DNA of 64,000 bases, taken from contig CAZPHS010000005.1 of the NCBI GenBank assembly GCA_964586785.1, forward strand, positions 28,402 through 92,401. The letters run 5' to 3'. Shown piece after piece: positions 1 to 9,838 of this stretch; position 1 is the stretch's first letter, and each line of letters starts with the position of its first letter. The notes under the pieces were generated by a model that had not been told where the DNA came from, did no database searches, and saw only the letters and a list, made by a program, of their open reading frames with translations. This DNA comes from an uncultured Christensenellaceae bacterium. Its GTDB lineage: Bacteria; Bacillota; Clostridia; Christensenellales; SZUA-584. Made by a program: the position numbers and the translations under genes.

Positions 1-294
1 TACATTGAACAACTGTATACCGAGGAAATTACGCTTGAGGATATCGCGGGAGCGGTTAATTTAAGCCCATATTATTTCAGCAGATTTTATAAGGAACAAA
101 CGGGTGTAAATTTTATTGATAAACTGACTGCCGTGCGAATCGAACATGCCAAGAAATATTTAACCCGGTCGCAATATTCGGTTAAGGAGGTTTGCCATTT
201 GGTGGGTTATTCCGACCCGAATTATTTCTCAAAGCTTTTTAAGAAAAATGTTGGCATGAATGCCAGCGAGTATAAGGAACGATATGGAAAGTGA
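1..294 (+). CDS. 3' end of AraC-family (YesN-like) response regulator/transcription factor, truncated by window start
   Basis: Frame 1 reads YIEQLYTEEITLEDIAGAVNLSPYYFSRFYKEQTG...VGYSDPNYFSKLFKKNVGMNASEYK*, a typical double AraC HTH; stop TGA at 292-294. Confidence 0.9.
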   Translation, partial: YIEQLYTEEITLEDIAGAVNLSPYYFSRFYKEQTGVNFIDKLTAVRIEHAKKYLTRSQYSVKEVCHLVGYSDPNYFSKLFKKNVGMNASEYKERYGK

Positions 295-304
295 GGATAG
301 CTGT

Positions 305-1366
305 ATGGGAAATGCTTGTACACGGCGGCTTGCTTTGATACTGATAATTATGCTCTTACTGTCTTTACTGGCTTGTGATACTAACAATGTGGCTGAACAG
401 AGCGGACAAAGCAAAAACAACATACTTGTGGGGTTTTCTTTGGCGACTCTTAAGGAAGACCGATGGCTGCGGGATCGTGATATTTTCTTCGCTAAAGCGA
501 AGCAGGAGGGTATGGAAGTAATTGTATCCAACGCCAATAATGATTCCAAACTGCAATACCAGCAGGTGCAGGATATGGTTGATCGGGGTATCGATATACT
601 TGTGATTGCCCCGCACGATAGGAACGATGCCGCGCGAGCCGTGACTCTGGCGCAGCAAAGAGGCATACCGATAATATCTTATGACAGGCTGGTATGCAAC
701 GCAAACGTGGATGTGTACCTATCATTCGACAATGTTCTGGTTGGAGAAATTATGGCGGAAAGGCTTTTAAAAGCGGTGCCTTCCGGAGGCTACCTTATAA
801 TAAACGGGTCTCCGGACGACCACAACAGCGAAATGTTCAGACAGGGATATATGAACATATTGCAGCCGGCAATTGATAACGGTCAAATAGAGCTTCTTGA
901 TGAAACGTGGGTGCAAAACTGGACGCGCGAGCTTGCGTTCAATTTTGCTTATCAAATGCTTCAAAAGCACCGCAATAACGTAAAAGGCATTATCGCGGCC
1001 AACGACTCGCTCGCGTGGGGCGCCATAGACGCTATAAGCGAGCTGGGATTAAGCGGTCAGATTGAAGTAGTCGGAATGGACGCGGATCTTGCGGCATGTC
1101 AGCGTATTGCCGAAGGCGTGCAACTGATGACTGTGTATAAGCCTATCAAATCTTTGGCCGAGGAGGCCGTAAAACTATGCAAACTGCTGTACGGCAAGGA
1201 AAAAGTGGACAGTAAAAGGACAATATACGACGGCAAATATGATGTAACGTATGTAGCGGTGGGAGTGGTTGCGGTAACCGGTGAAAATCTTAAGGATACG
1301 GTAATTCAGGACGGATTTCATTTAGAGGAGGATGTTTACAGAAAAGCAAAAATGCCGAGCGAATAA
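305..1366 (+). CDS. XylF-like sugar-binding lipoprotein
   Basis: GAGGA RBS before ATG305; lipobox LLAC; EDRWLRDRDIF, ISYDRL and MTVYKPI motifs of D-xylose-type periplasmic binding proteins. Confidence 0.88.
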   Translation: MGNACTRRLALILIIMLLLSLLACDTNNVAEQSGQSKNNILVGFSLATLKEDRWLRDRDIFFAKAKQEGMEVIVSNANNDSKLQYQQVQDMVDRGIDILVIAPHDRNDAARAVTLAQQRGIPIISYDRLVCNANVDVYLSFDNVLVGEIMAERLLKAVPSGGYLIINGSPDDHNSEMFRQGYMNILQPAIDNGQIELLDETWVQNWTRELAFNFAYQMLQKHRNNVKGIIAANDSLAWGAIDAISELGLSGQIEVVGMDADLAACQRIAEGVQLMTVYKPIKSLAEEAVKLCKLLYGKEKVDSKRTIYDGKYDVTYVAVGVVAVTGENLKDTVIQDGFHLEEDVYRKAKMPSE

Positions 1367-1632
1367 CTTAAAAGACGATACTAATCAAAATTGTAATCAC
1401 ATGCAAGCCTTAAACATCGGGTTAACCTTAGAACTGGAATTTATTGCGTATAATTAATCCATGTCATAAGGTCATATTATAGGAAGCGCAATAATGTTAT
1501 GAATATAGGCAACTGTCTGCGTTGATATATTATCAACAGTTTTTATAATTATGCTTAAGGGGATAGATGTTGTCCCTTACACACGTTCATTTACGTTTTT
1601 CACGAGAAGTGAAAAAAAGAAAGGTGGTAAAA

Positions 1633-2775
1633 ATGAAAAGACTGTTGTTACTATTGTTGACAGCCGTGATGGTATTTGCTTTTGTAGCTTGCACTCCGGC
1701 AGATTCTCCTCCAGGTGAAGATACTTCGGGAAAAGATGATACTCCTCCCGCGAGCGGAGACCTTGACGTGGGTATAGTGCTTCCGACCAGAGACGAACCC
1801 CGTTGGATTCAGGACGAGGCCAGATTCAGGGATGCTCTTGAGTCGACGCAGTTTTCCGTTGAAGTTCTCTTCAGCCAGGGCTCCTCTGCCGTTGAAAAAA
1901 CAAATGTTGAAGCGTTGGTTGCACGGGGAATAAAAGTGCTCATTATTTGTCCGCATGACGGCGGCGCGGCTGCTGCTTCGGCGGAGTTGGCCAGAGCCGA
2001 AGGCATTACGGTTATATCTTATGACAGGCTCATAACGGATACGGAAGCCGTAGATTATTATGTTACATTTGACAGCATCTCTGTAGGCGCGGCACAGGCT
2101 CAATATCTTGTCGATAATGCCGTGGGCACCGGCAATCCTTTGTATCTGTACGCCGGCGCCGCATCCGATAACAACGCGTTTTTGTTCTTTGAGGGCGCTT
2201 GGAATGTATTGCAGCCTAAAATTGCTGACGGCACGTTCGTTATAAAGAATTCCTCAGAGGCTTTGGGTCTTCAAGACAAGGCGACGCTGACACGTGATGA
2301 GATGGGCAAAATAATCGGACAGGTTACAACAGACTGGAGTTTCGACGAAGCCAAGAAAAAGGCCGAGGCGCATTTGACAAATGCAACCGCCGCCGACAAG
2401 GGCGATGTGTTTATACTTGCTCCTAACGATGGCACGGCTCGCGCTATTGCGGACACATTCGCCGTAGACCCTGATGTTTCAAGCTATTTGGTAACGGGAC
2501 AGGATGCCGAGATTCCTTCGGTGCAGTACATAATCGACGGCAAACAGTCTATGACGGTGTTCAAAGATGTACGCACGCTGGTTTCCGACAGCATTGCCAT
2601 GGCCATTGCGGTTCTCGAGGGCAAAACGCCTCAGACTACAGGCAGCTATAACAATAAAGTTAAGGACGTAGCCGCGATGCAGACTGAAGTAATCGTTGTA
2701 TCTTCTGCAAATGTAAAAGCCGCGTTGATAGATTCAGGCTACTATGAGGCATCCGAGTTTACCGGTTTGAGTTAA
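1633..2775 (+). CDS. ChvE/GguC-type multiple monosaccharide ABC substrate-binding lipoprotein
   Basis: AAGGTGG RBS before ATG1633; lipobox FVAC; PTRDEPRWIQD, ISYDRL, VTGQDAE and MTVFKD motifs. Confidence 0.9.
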   Translation: MKRLLLLLLTAVMVFAFVACTPADSPPGEDTSGKDDTPPASGDLDVGIVLPTRDEPRWIQDEARFRDALESTQFSVEVLFSQGSSAVEKTNVEALVARGIKVLIICPHDGGAAAASAELARAEGITVISYDRLITDTEAVDYYVTFDSISVGAAQAQYLVDNAVGTGNPLYLYAGAASDNNAFLFFEGAWNVLQPKIADGTFVIKNSSEALGLQDKATLTRDEMGKIIGQVTTDWSFDEAKKKAEAHLTNATAADKGDVFILAPNDGTARAIADTFAVDPDVSSYLVTGQDAEIPSVQYIIDGKQSMTVFKDVRTLVSDSIAMAIAVLEGKTPQTTGSYNNKVKDVAAMQTEVIVVSSANVKAALIDSGYYEASEFTGLS

Positions 2776-2791
2776 AATCGTCTAATGTATG

Positions 2792-2825
2792 AAATTGGGC
2801 TAGCGAGAATCCGCTAGCCCAATTT
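2792..2825 (+). terminator. Intercistronic stem-loop (partial terminator or mRNA stabiliser) between SBP and ATPase
   Basis: 14-bp perfect stem AAATTGGGCTAGCG/CGCTAGCCCAATTT with a 6-nt loop. Confidence 0.7.
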
Positions 2826-2844
2826 TCTGGAGAGGTATTGCTCT

Positions 2845-4365
2845 ATGAACAATTATATTTTGGAAATGAGAGGGATTACAAAGATATTTCCGGGAGTTAA
2901 GGCGCTTGACAATGTAAACTTTAAGGTGAAAAAGGGCGAAATACATGGTCTGTTGGGCGAAAATGGAGCCGGCAAATCAACTCTGATGAAAGTATTATCC
3001 GGCGTATACCCGTATCGCTCTTACGACGGCGAAATATCGTTAGATAACGAGACGCAAAGGTTTAACCAAATTTCAGACAGCGAAAAGGCCGGCATCGCCA
3101 TAATTTATCAGGAATTAGCGCTGATACCGGAATTGACGGTTTACGAGAATATATTTTTTGGCCATGAGATAAAAAACGGCGCGTTTATTGACTGGAATGA
3201 AACATTCAAGCGCGCGGTCGGTATGCTTAAAAAAGTACGTCTAAACATAAATCCCGCAATAAAAGTAAAGGAACTGGGAATAGGCACACGGCAGCTTATA
3301 GAAATTGCTAAGGCTATAAGCAAGAATGTTAAACTGCTTATTCTTGACGAGCCTACGGCTGCGCTAAACGAGGACGACAGTATAAACCTGCTTAATTTAC
3401 TTCGTGAGCTCAAAGAACAAGGGGTCACAAGTATACTTATTTCACACAAAATTAAAGAAGTGTTATCCATAGCGGATACGATTACCGTGTTGCGTGACGG
3501 TAAAACGGTTTGCACGTTAGACCCGAAAGACCGGGATTTTAATGAATTCGGTATTATTAAACACATGGTCGGACGCGAAATTGAAAACATATATCCGCCG
3601 CGTTTGGAACAAAAAATAGGGGATGTATGTTTTGAAGTACGGAACTGGAGCGCAATAGATTCCGCAAAAGGGAAACAAATACTGCATGACATTAACCTTA
3701 ATGTGCGAAAGGGCGAAATTGTTTCCATAGCGGGGCTTATGGGAGCGGGACGTACAGAGTTTGCATTGAGCCTTTTTGGAAATACGGACAAATATGCAGT
3801 GCAAGGCGAAATGTATATAAACGGAAAGAAACAAAAATTTAAACACCCAAGACAAGCCATTGACGCCGGACTTGCGTATGCAACAGAGGACAGGAAGAAT
3901 AAGGGACTGATACTAATTCAAAATATCAAGCAGAACATAAGCATTGCAAACTTAAAATCGCTGTGTAATATGGGTGTTATTAATGAAAATCGTGAGATCA
4001 GAGCAACGGAAAGTTATATTGAATCCTTAAATATAAAAGCCACATCCGTGGCGCAGATCACCGAAAATCTTAGCGGTGGAAATCAGCAAAAGGTTTCCGT
4101 TGCAAAATGGCTTTACGCCAATCCGCAGATTATGATACTTGACGAACCCACTCGCGGCATAGATGTCGGCGCCAAATACGAGATATATTGCATAATGAGA
4201 GACCTTGTCCGCAAGGGTATGAGTATTATTATGATATCGTCCGAATTACTGGAGATTCTGGGCATAAGCGATAGGATATATGTCATGAACAAAGGCAGAA
4301 TCACCGGTGAGATAATGACATCGGAGGCGACACAGGAAACTATTATGCAAAAGGCGATGCTATAA
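2845..4365 (+). CDS. Monosaccharide ABC transporter ATP-binding protein (XylG/GguA type)
   Basis: Walker A GENGAGKS, two ABC domains, LSGGNQQK signature, DEPTRGID. Confidence 0.95.
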   Translation: MNNYILEMRGITKIFPGVKALDNVNFKVKKGEIHGLLGENGAGKSTLMKVLSGVYPYRSYDGEISLDNETQRFNQISDSEKAGIAIIYQELALIPELTVYENIFFGHEIKNGAFIDWNETFKRAVGMLKKVRLNINPAIKVKELGIGTRQLIEIAKAISKNVKLLILDEPTAALNEDDSINLLNLLRELKEQGVTSILISHKIKEVLSIADTITVLRDGKTVCTLDPKDRDFNEFGIIKHMVGREIENIYPPRLEQKIGDVCFEVRNWSAIDSAKGKQILHDINLNVRKGEIVSIAGLMGAGRTEFALSLFGNTDKYAVQGEMYINGKKQKFKHPRQAIDAGLAYATEDRKNKGLILIQNIKQNISIANLKSLCNMGVINENREIRATESYIESLNIKATSVAQITENLSGGNQQKVSVAKWLYANPQIMILDEPTRGIDVGAKYEIYCIMRDLVRKGMSIIMISSELLEILGISDRIYVMNKGRITGEIMTSEATQETIMQKAML

Positions 4366-4378
4366 GGAGGAAAAAGCA

Positions 4379-5554
4379 ATGCAATTGTTTTTGGAGTTTA
4401 AGAGCTTAATAAAAAAGAATATACGTGAATATGGTATGTATATCGCCCTTGTTGTAATATGCGCTTTTTTTGCAATTATGACAAAGGGAAACTTTATGTC
4501 TTCGCGTAACATAAGCAATCTTATCAGCCAATCCGGATATGTCGCCGTATTGGCTGTTGGGATGACGCTTGTGCTGATAATTAAGTGGATTGATTTATCC
4601 ATTGGTTTTGTCGCGGGATTTCTCGGCGCTTTGGCGGCTGTTTTAATAGTGCAGCAAAACATGCCCATGGAAATTGCCTGTATTATAGTTATTTTGGCCG
4701 GCATTGGCATAGGCATGTTTAACGGTTTTCTTGTGGCAAAAGTAGGCGTACCGGCCTTTGTTACTACTTTGGCGGTGATGCTTATATTCAGAGGCTCGCT
4801 GCTTGAAATAACAGGGGCGACCGGCACTATCGTTATACCGGACGAGAAGTTTAACGCAATAGGCAACGGTTTTATTCCCGATATTGCAAACGTGGAAGGC
4901 ATACATGTGCTGACACTTATTATTGGTATGCTCGCAATAGTGGCGTATATCATTTCACAGTTTATATCGCGTAAAAACCTTAAACGCTATCAGTTTGAGG
5001 TTATATCTATGCCGATATTTATATTTAAGCTAATATTTATATCGGTTCTTATCGGTTATATTGTCTGGATACTCGCGGGGTATAACGGGCTGTCTTGGAC
5101 CGCGGTTGTCGTGGCTTTGGTGGTTGTCATTTATCACTTCATAATGAGCAAAACGGCGCTTGGACGCCATATATACGGAGTCGGCGGCAACAAAGAGGCG
5201 GCGGAGCTGTCGGGCATTAACGTTAGAAGAATCACGTTCTTGGTTTTTACATCCATGGGAATGCTGGCAGGTCTTGCCGGATTGCTATACACATCCCGTC
5301 AGCGGTCTGCCATGCCAACGGCCGGCACATTGTTTGAGCTTGACGCAATCGCGGCCGCGTTTGTCGGCGGCGTATCCGCGGCAGGCGGCGTCGGCAAAGT
5401 TACGGGTTCTATTATCGGCGCGTTGGTTATGTGCGCCTTGCCTAATGGCATGAAGTTAATGGGGGTCAGCATCTCTTACGAATATATAATTCGTGGTGTA
5501 ATACTTGTCCTCGCGGTTGTATTTGATATAACAACACGCAAAACCAAGTCATAA
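4379..5554 (+). CDS. Monosaccharide ABC transporter permease (XylH/GguB type)
   Basis: Multi-TM; IDLSIG, GRHIYGVGGNKEAAELSGI and ELDAIAAAFVGG motifs. Confidence 0.93.
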   Translation: MQLFLEFKSLIKKNIREYGMYIALVVICAFFAIMTKGNFMSSRNISNLISQSGYVAVLAVGMTLVLIIKWIDLSIGFVAGFLGALAAVLIVQQNMPMEIACIIVILAGIGIGMFNGFLVAKVGVPAFVTTLAVMLIFRGSLLEITGATGTIVIPDEKFNAIGNGFIPDIANVEGIHVLTLIIGMLAIVAYIISQFISRKNLKRYQFEVISMPIFIFKLIFISVLIGYIVWILAGYNGLSWTAVVVALVVVIYHFIMSKTALGRHIYGVGGNKEAAELSGINVRRITFLVFTSMGMLAGLAGLLYTSRQRSAMPTAGTLFELDAIAAAFVGGVSAAGGVGKVTGSIIGALVMCALPNGMKLMGVSISYEYIIRGVILVLAVVFDITTRKTKS

Positions 5555-5560
5555 ACATTT

Positions 5561-5602
5561 TTGTTACGGCCGGTTTTCTAATAAGCAGACCGGCCGTAAC
5601 AA
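5561..5602 (+). terminator. Stem-loop after sugar ABC operon (likely terminator)
   Basis: TTGTTACGGCCGGT...ACCGGCCGTAACAA 14-bp inverted repeat just after the permease stop. Confidence 0.7.
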
Positions 5603-5777
5603 GCTAAACGCCCGCTATTGAGTAAGTATAATTATTATATGAATCTGTTTTAGATCGAGTTTGGATAAGCGCAAAATATGCCGGTTATAAACGGCTTATT
5701 TTGCGCTGTGTTTAGCGTTAAAAAACAGATTCGGTTCGTTTCATTAGCCGATCTTCGCCGCCCGATAGGGGTTATCG

Positions 5778-7550
5778 TTACAGCCCGAACAACTTGAGTA
5801 ACTTCTGCCAAAAGGTTAGCTTAACAGGAGCTTCGGGGGCGGGCTCCGGTGTTGCCGGCAGCTCTATGGGAGCGGTTTTCAGTACAAATTGTACTGAAAT
5901 CACGCTCGTGTTTTTTTCCGAAACAAACGATACCGGAGCGAAATCGGACTTGTCATATTGCTTAACTATCTCGTCTATCTCTATTTGTATTGTATCAGGC
6001 AAATCGGCCACCGCGCCGTTTAGCTCGCTCGTGCCTTTATATAAACGTGAAGCGCCGGCGCTTAATTCTCCGGCTCCGCTCGAAAGCGACCGAATACCCG
6101 CGTTTACCTCGCCGTACCCGCCGGCAATGAGTTCAACGCCGTTCATATATTCGCCAAGCCCTATATGGAATTGATTATAGTTATCCGAAAGTTGGGATAA
6201 TCCAATTTTAAGCTGCTGCATTTTTGCCGCCAGGTCCATATCGTCCAACGACTGCTCTATCTCGTCCGCCATCCCCGAAAGCGTACCCGATATTACGCCG
6301 ACAGAGCCGGCGAGGGTTTCCAGGCTGCCTTCAACCGCGGCAAACGCGTCCCGTACTACCGCGTAAGTGCCTTTGACCGTTTTAGCCGCGCCGTAATAAT
6401 CCATAAGCTGGCTGAGCGCGGCGGTCAGCGCGCCGTCGCCCGATACCGCCGTGTAAAGCTCGGTAGGGTCTATGTTCGTGTCGGGTATGGATAACATGGC
6501 GGAATCAAGCGCGGAATAAGCGGAGACATATCCGCTTTTTAAGGTGGAAATACCATTGGTGAGCCCCGTTAACCCATCGGCAAGCTGCCTTAATCCGACG
6601 GGCAACGCGGCAATGTCATTAAAATCGAAATCACCGCCCTGTTCATCGAACGCCTTTGAGATATTGAACAAAGCCGTATTGATTTGTACGGACGCTCCCA
6701 GCACTTCCGCGGAATTACCGCTTAATTCCGATAAGCCGCTCGCGATATCCGACGACCCGTCCGCTAATTTTTGCGCGCCCGAATAGGTTTTCGCGGTGCC
6801 CTCCGACAGCTTCTTTACGCCGTTATTCAAACTGTCCACAGCGTCCGACAGGCTGTTCATATCATCGGAAAGGCTGCCGGTATCCGGCAGGTCGATAAGC
6901 ATGGCGAGCGGTACGGCGGAAAACTCAACGCCGCTCATTATAAAATCCCGTACATTTGCCGATACCGTAATGTTTGCGTCATTTTCCGGCAATACGGTAT
7001 GTGCGATTATTTTATTTTTGCCCGCGCTGGCAATCATCGCGTTAGGTGATACAATATTCGTACATTTTTCCGTATCCAGCGTTAATGATACCGAAAGCAT
7101 GTAGTTTTCGTAAAACACGGAGTTTACAGACTTGTTTTGCGTTATGTATATCGTAATTTCCAGCGCGCCGGTTTTACCCGCTATATCGGAAGCCGAAAAC
7201 TCCTCTCCGTCCAGTTTATACCGTATATCTATGTTCCACGGCAATGCCTTTGCTTGAAGCGTCCCCTGATAATAAAATTGCTCTGCCGCAGTGTCGGCCG
7301 TAATCATATCACCGTTTCGCGTCAGCTTTTCCGACGAGGTTAAATTACTCACTTCGCTGTAATTGCCGTAATCGGTAATCATGCCTCCGGCAAAGCTGTT
7401 GACTACGTAAACGCTTTGTATACTGCCGTCCGGCTCCAACAAACCGTAGACGACCTCTTCTTTTTGAGTAGGCGTGCCGGCGGCAAATGCCGGAGCGGCC
7501 GCGGCAGCCGTAAGAACAATGGTTAAAAATATTGACAGAAACTTTTTCAT
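5778..7550 (-). CDS. Secreted coiled-coil protein with X-X-X-Leu-X-X-Gly heptad repeats (YhgE/Pip-like MMPL partner)
   Basis: Signal peptide (AAAAAPAFA); LxxG heptads such as LNNGVKKLSEGTAKTYSGAQKLADG; 1-nt gap to MMPL gene. Confidence 0.75.
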   Translation of the reverse strand: MKKFLSIFLTIVLTAAAAAPAFAAGTPTQKEEVVYGLLEPDGSIQSVYVVNSFAGGMITDYGNYSEVSNLTSSEKLTRNGDMITADTAAEQFYYQGTLQAKALPWNIDIRYKLDGEEFSASDIAGKTGALEITIYITQNKSVNSVFYENYMLSVSLTLDTEKCTNIVSPNAMIASAGKNKIIAHTVLPENDANITVSANVRDFIMSGVEFSAVPLAMLIDLPDTGSLSDDMNSLSDAVDSLNNGVKKLSEGTAKTYSGAQKLADGSSDIASGLSELSGNSAEVLGASVQINTALFNISKAFDEQGGDFDFNDIAALPVGLRQLADGLTGLTNGISTLKSGYVSAYSALDSAMLSIPDTNIDPTELYTAVSGDGALTAALSQLMDYYGAAKTVKGTYAVVRDAFAAVEGSLETLAGSVGVISGTLSGMADEIEQSLDDMDLAAKMQQLKIGLSQLSDNYNQFHIGLGEYMNGVELIAGGYGEVNAGIRSLSSGAGELSAGASRLYKGTSELNGAVADLPDTIQIEIDEIVKQYDKSDFAPVSFVSEKNTSVISVQFVLKTAPIELPATPEPAPEAPVKLTFWQKLLKLFGL

Positions 7551-7551
7551 A

Positions 7552-9639
7552 TTAAATACTCCTCTTTGTATTGTGTGTTTTATGTATGTGAAAGCCGTTT
7601 TTAAGCGTTGTTTTTTTAATAACCTTATCGAAAATGATAAGCAGCGCGGGCAATACGCATATTACCATAATAAGGGACAGCGCCGTCCCCCTGCCGAGAA
7701 GCGTGCCAAGCTCGGAGACAATAGGGTTTCCGGATGTCGCCGCAAGGGTAAAACCGGCAGCCATTAGTATACCCGCGGAAACGAGTATGGCCGCCAAGTT
7801 ATCCGCAAGCGTTTTTCGCATCGCTTCATTTTTCGGCAGACTTCTTCTATCCGTTAAATAGTGGTTGGTCAGCAGTATAGCGTAATCAACCGTAGCGCCA
7901 AGCTGCACCGTGCTTATAATAAGGTAGCCTACAAAACTTAGTGTATTATCGGTAAAATACGCAAAGGATAAGTTAATCCATATCGCCGTTTCAATGGTAA
8001 ATACCAATAACGCGGGTATGCTGAGCGAGCGAAAGGTCAGCAGTATAACGATAAAAATACCGATAATAGCCACCAGGTTGACAATGCCCGTATCCGTTTC
8101 CACAACGCTTTTCATATCAAACAAAGTAGCGCTTTGTCCGGTTAGATAGCGGGTGTCGTAATGACTTTCGGCGGTATTTAGAACCGATTGCACAGTATCA
8201 AAGGTTTGCTCCCCTTCTCTTTGCATATCTGTATACAGTATAATTCGCGCGTAATGCTCGGAGTAAAACTGGTCGATAACTTCTTGCGGCACATATTGCG
8301 GCGGTATCTTTGCGCCTACCGCCGTTACATATGAAACCACACTCGTGACATGAGGAATTAAGGCAAGCTCGTCGCATAGCTCGGCTTCGTTTCCCGCGGT
8401 TTCTTTAGGCACTAAAAGCACCAACGGATTTTCTTTGCCAAACGTCTCTTCTATTAACGCCGTGTCTCTTTCGGCGCGGGAGCCTTTGGCAATCTCCCCC
8501 ATGCCATACATAAAGGGGGTATTGGATTGCGCAATAAAACAGGGTATTACAACAACAAGGGACAATATAAGAAAAGGTATCCTAATCTTTAAAAGCCCTT
8601 TGCTGACGTTGCGGAAACTGGGGACGAGGCTTTTGTGCCTTGTTTTATCAAGCAATTTGTAGCCGGCAAGCGTTAATGCCGGCAGGAAAATCATAACCGA
8701 TAAAAAGCTTAACACGACACCCTTGGCCAGATGAATACCTAAATCCGATCCTATGCCAAACCGCATAAACAGTAACGCTAAAAAGCCGATTACCGTCGTC
8801 GCGGCGCTGGCCGCAACCGTTGGCAGCGCGCGCTTTATGGCGAGCACCATAGCTTCTTTTGGCTCGAAGGAAGTTCGGTATTCGTAAAAGCTATGCAGCA
8901 GAAAAATGGCGTAATCCATAGAAACGGCAAGCTGCAATATGGGGGTGACAGTTTGTGTGATATAAGATATCTCTCCAAAAAAAGCGGTGGTACCCATGTT
9001 TATAACCACGGCGACGCCTATTGTAAGCAGGAAAAATAAAGGCTCTATCCAAGACGTTGTAGAAAGGGCAAGTATAATCAGAATTATGGGAATAACAAAC
9101 GCCATGGCTGAAAAGACCTCGGATTCAGTCATGGACTGAAACGCGGCGGAATTGGCGGCGTCGCCGTCAACCGCGCCGTTTTCTTCTATCAAACCATAGA
9201 TTGCGTTTATCGTTTCCGATTCCTGACCGCTTATAACGGAAACGCTGAGTAAGGCGTTGCCGTCTTTGTAATAGTATTCGGTTATGGAAACGTCTAAAAA
9301 CTCAAAAGGCGTGGCCGTCAAAATGCTCTTGCCAAACACATCGTCAAGCCAGCTGACGGAAGATACGCCGGGAATAGCGGCCAGCTTTTCTTTGTATTCG
9401 AGAGCCTCCCTTACGGTAACGCCTGTAAGCATAACCCTGGCGTTGGGCATATCGCCGACGAATTCGTCCTCTATTATTTTTATGGCTATGGTAGACTGCG
9501 CATCTTCAGGCAGATAATCCACCATATCATAGTTTACCGAAACACAAGTGGAAAGCAGCGCGCCGGCAATTACCAGCGCTAAGAAGGTAAAAAGAACAAC
9601 CCTTTTATGTTTAACCACAAGCTGTGAAAGCTTTCTCAC
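7552..9639 (-). CDS. MMPL/RND family transporter
   Basis: Two TM bundles; LAVSMDYAIFLL and LGATVDYAILL MMPL motifs. Confidence 0.9.
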   Translation of the reverse strand: MRKLSQLVVKHKRVVLFTFLALVIAGALLSTCVSVNYDMVDYLPEDAQSTIAIKIIEDEFVGDMPNARVMLTGVTVREALEYKEKLAAIPGVSSVSWLDDVFGKSILTATPFEFLDVSITEYYYKDGNALLSVSVISGQESETINAIYGLIEENGAVDGDAANSAAFQSMTESEVFSAMAFVIPIILIILALSTTSWIEPLFFLLTIGVAVVINMGTTAFFGEISYITQTVTPILQLAVSMDYAIFLLHSFYEYRTSFEPKEAMVLAIKRALPTVAASAATTVIGFLALLFMRFGIGSDLGIHLAKGVVLSFLSVMIFLPALTLAGYKLLDKTRHKSLVPSFRNVSKGLLKIRIPFLILSLVVVIPCFIAQSNTPFMYGMGEIAKGSRAERDTALIEETFGKENPLVLLVPKETAGNEAELCDELALIPHVTSVVSYVTAVGAKIPPQYVPQEVIDQFYSEHYARIILYTDMQREGEQTFDTVQSVLNTAESHYDTRYLTGQSATLFDMKSVVETDTGIVNLVAIIGIFIVILLTFRSLSIPALLVFTIETAIWINLSFAYFTDNTLSFVGYLIISTVQLGATVDYAILLTNHYLTDRRSLPKNEAMRKTLADNLAAILVSAGILMAAGFTLAATSGNPIVSELGTLLGRGTALSLIMVICVLPALLIIFDKVIKKTTLKNGFHIHKTHNTKRSI

Positions 9640-9838
9640 GCAATATCCTCCTTAAAACTGTATATAGGGAAATATTTATTAAACAAAGTGTTGATAAATA
9701 AACCCAAGTACATTATAATAACAATGAGTTGATAGATCACCAACCAGATTTTTACCAGATGACAGATATTAAACAGACATAAGGTATAATGTATGGCAAT
9801 CAGCATATTTTTGAAAACTGGGGGGAAGGGAGAAGAAT

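Noticed and set aside
260-304. Upstream extension of the XylF-like ORF given by the track
   Set aside because: Overlaps the AraC gene; RBS and lipoprotein signal favour ATG305
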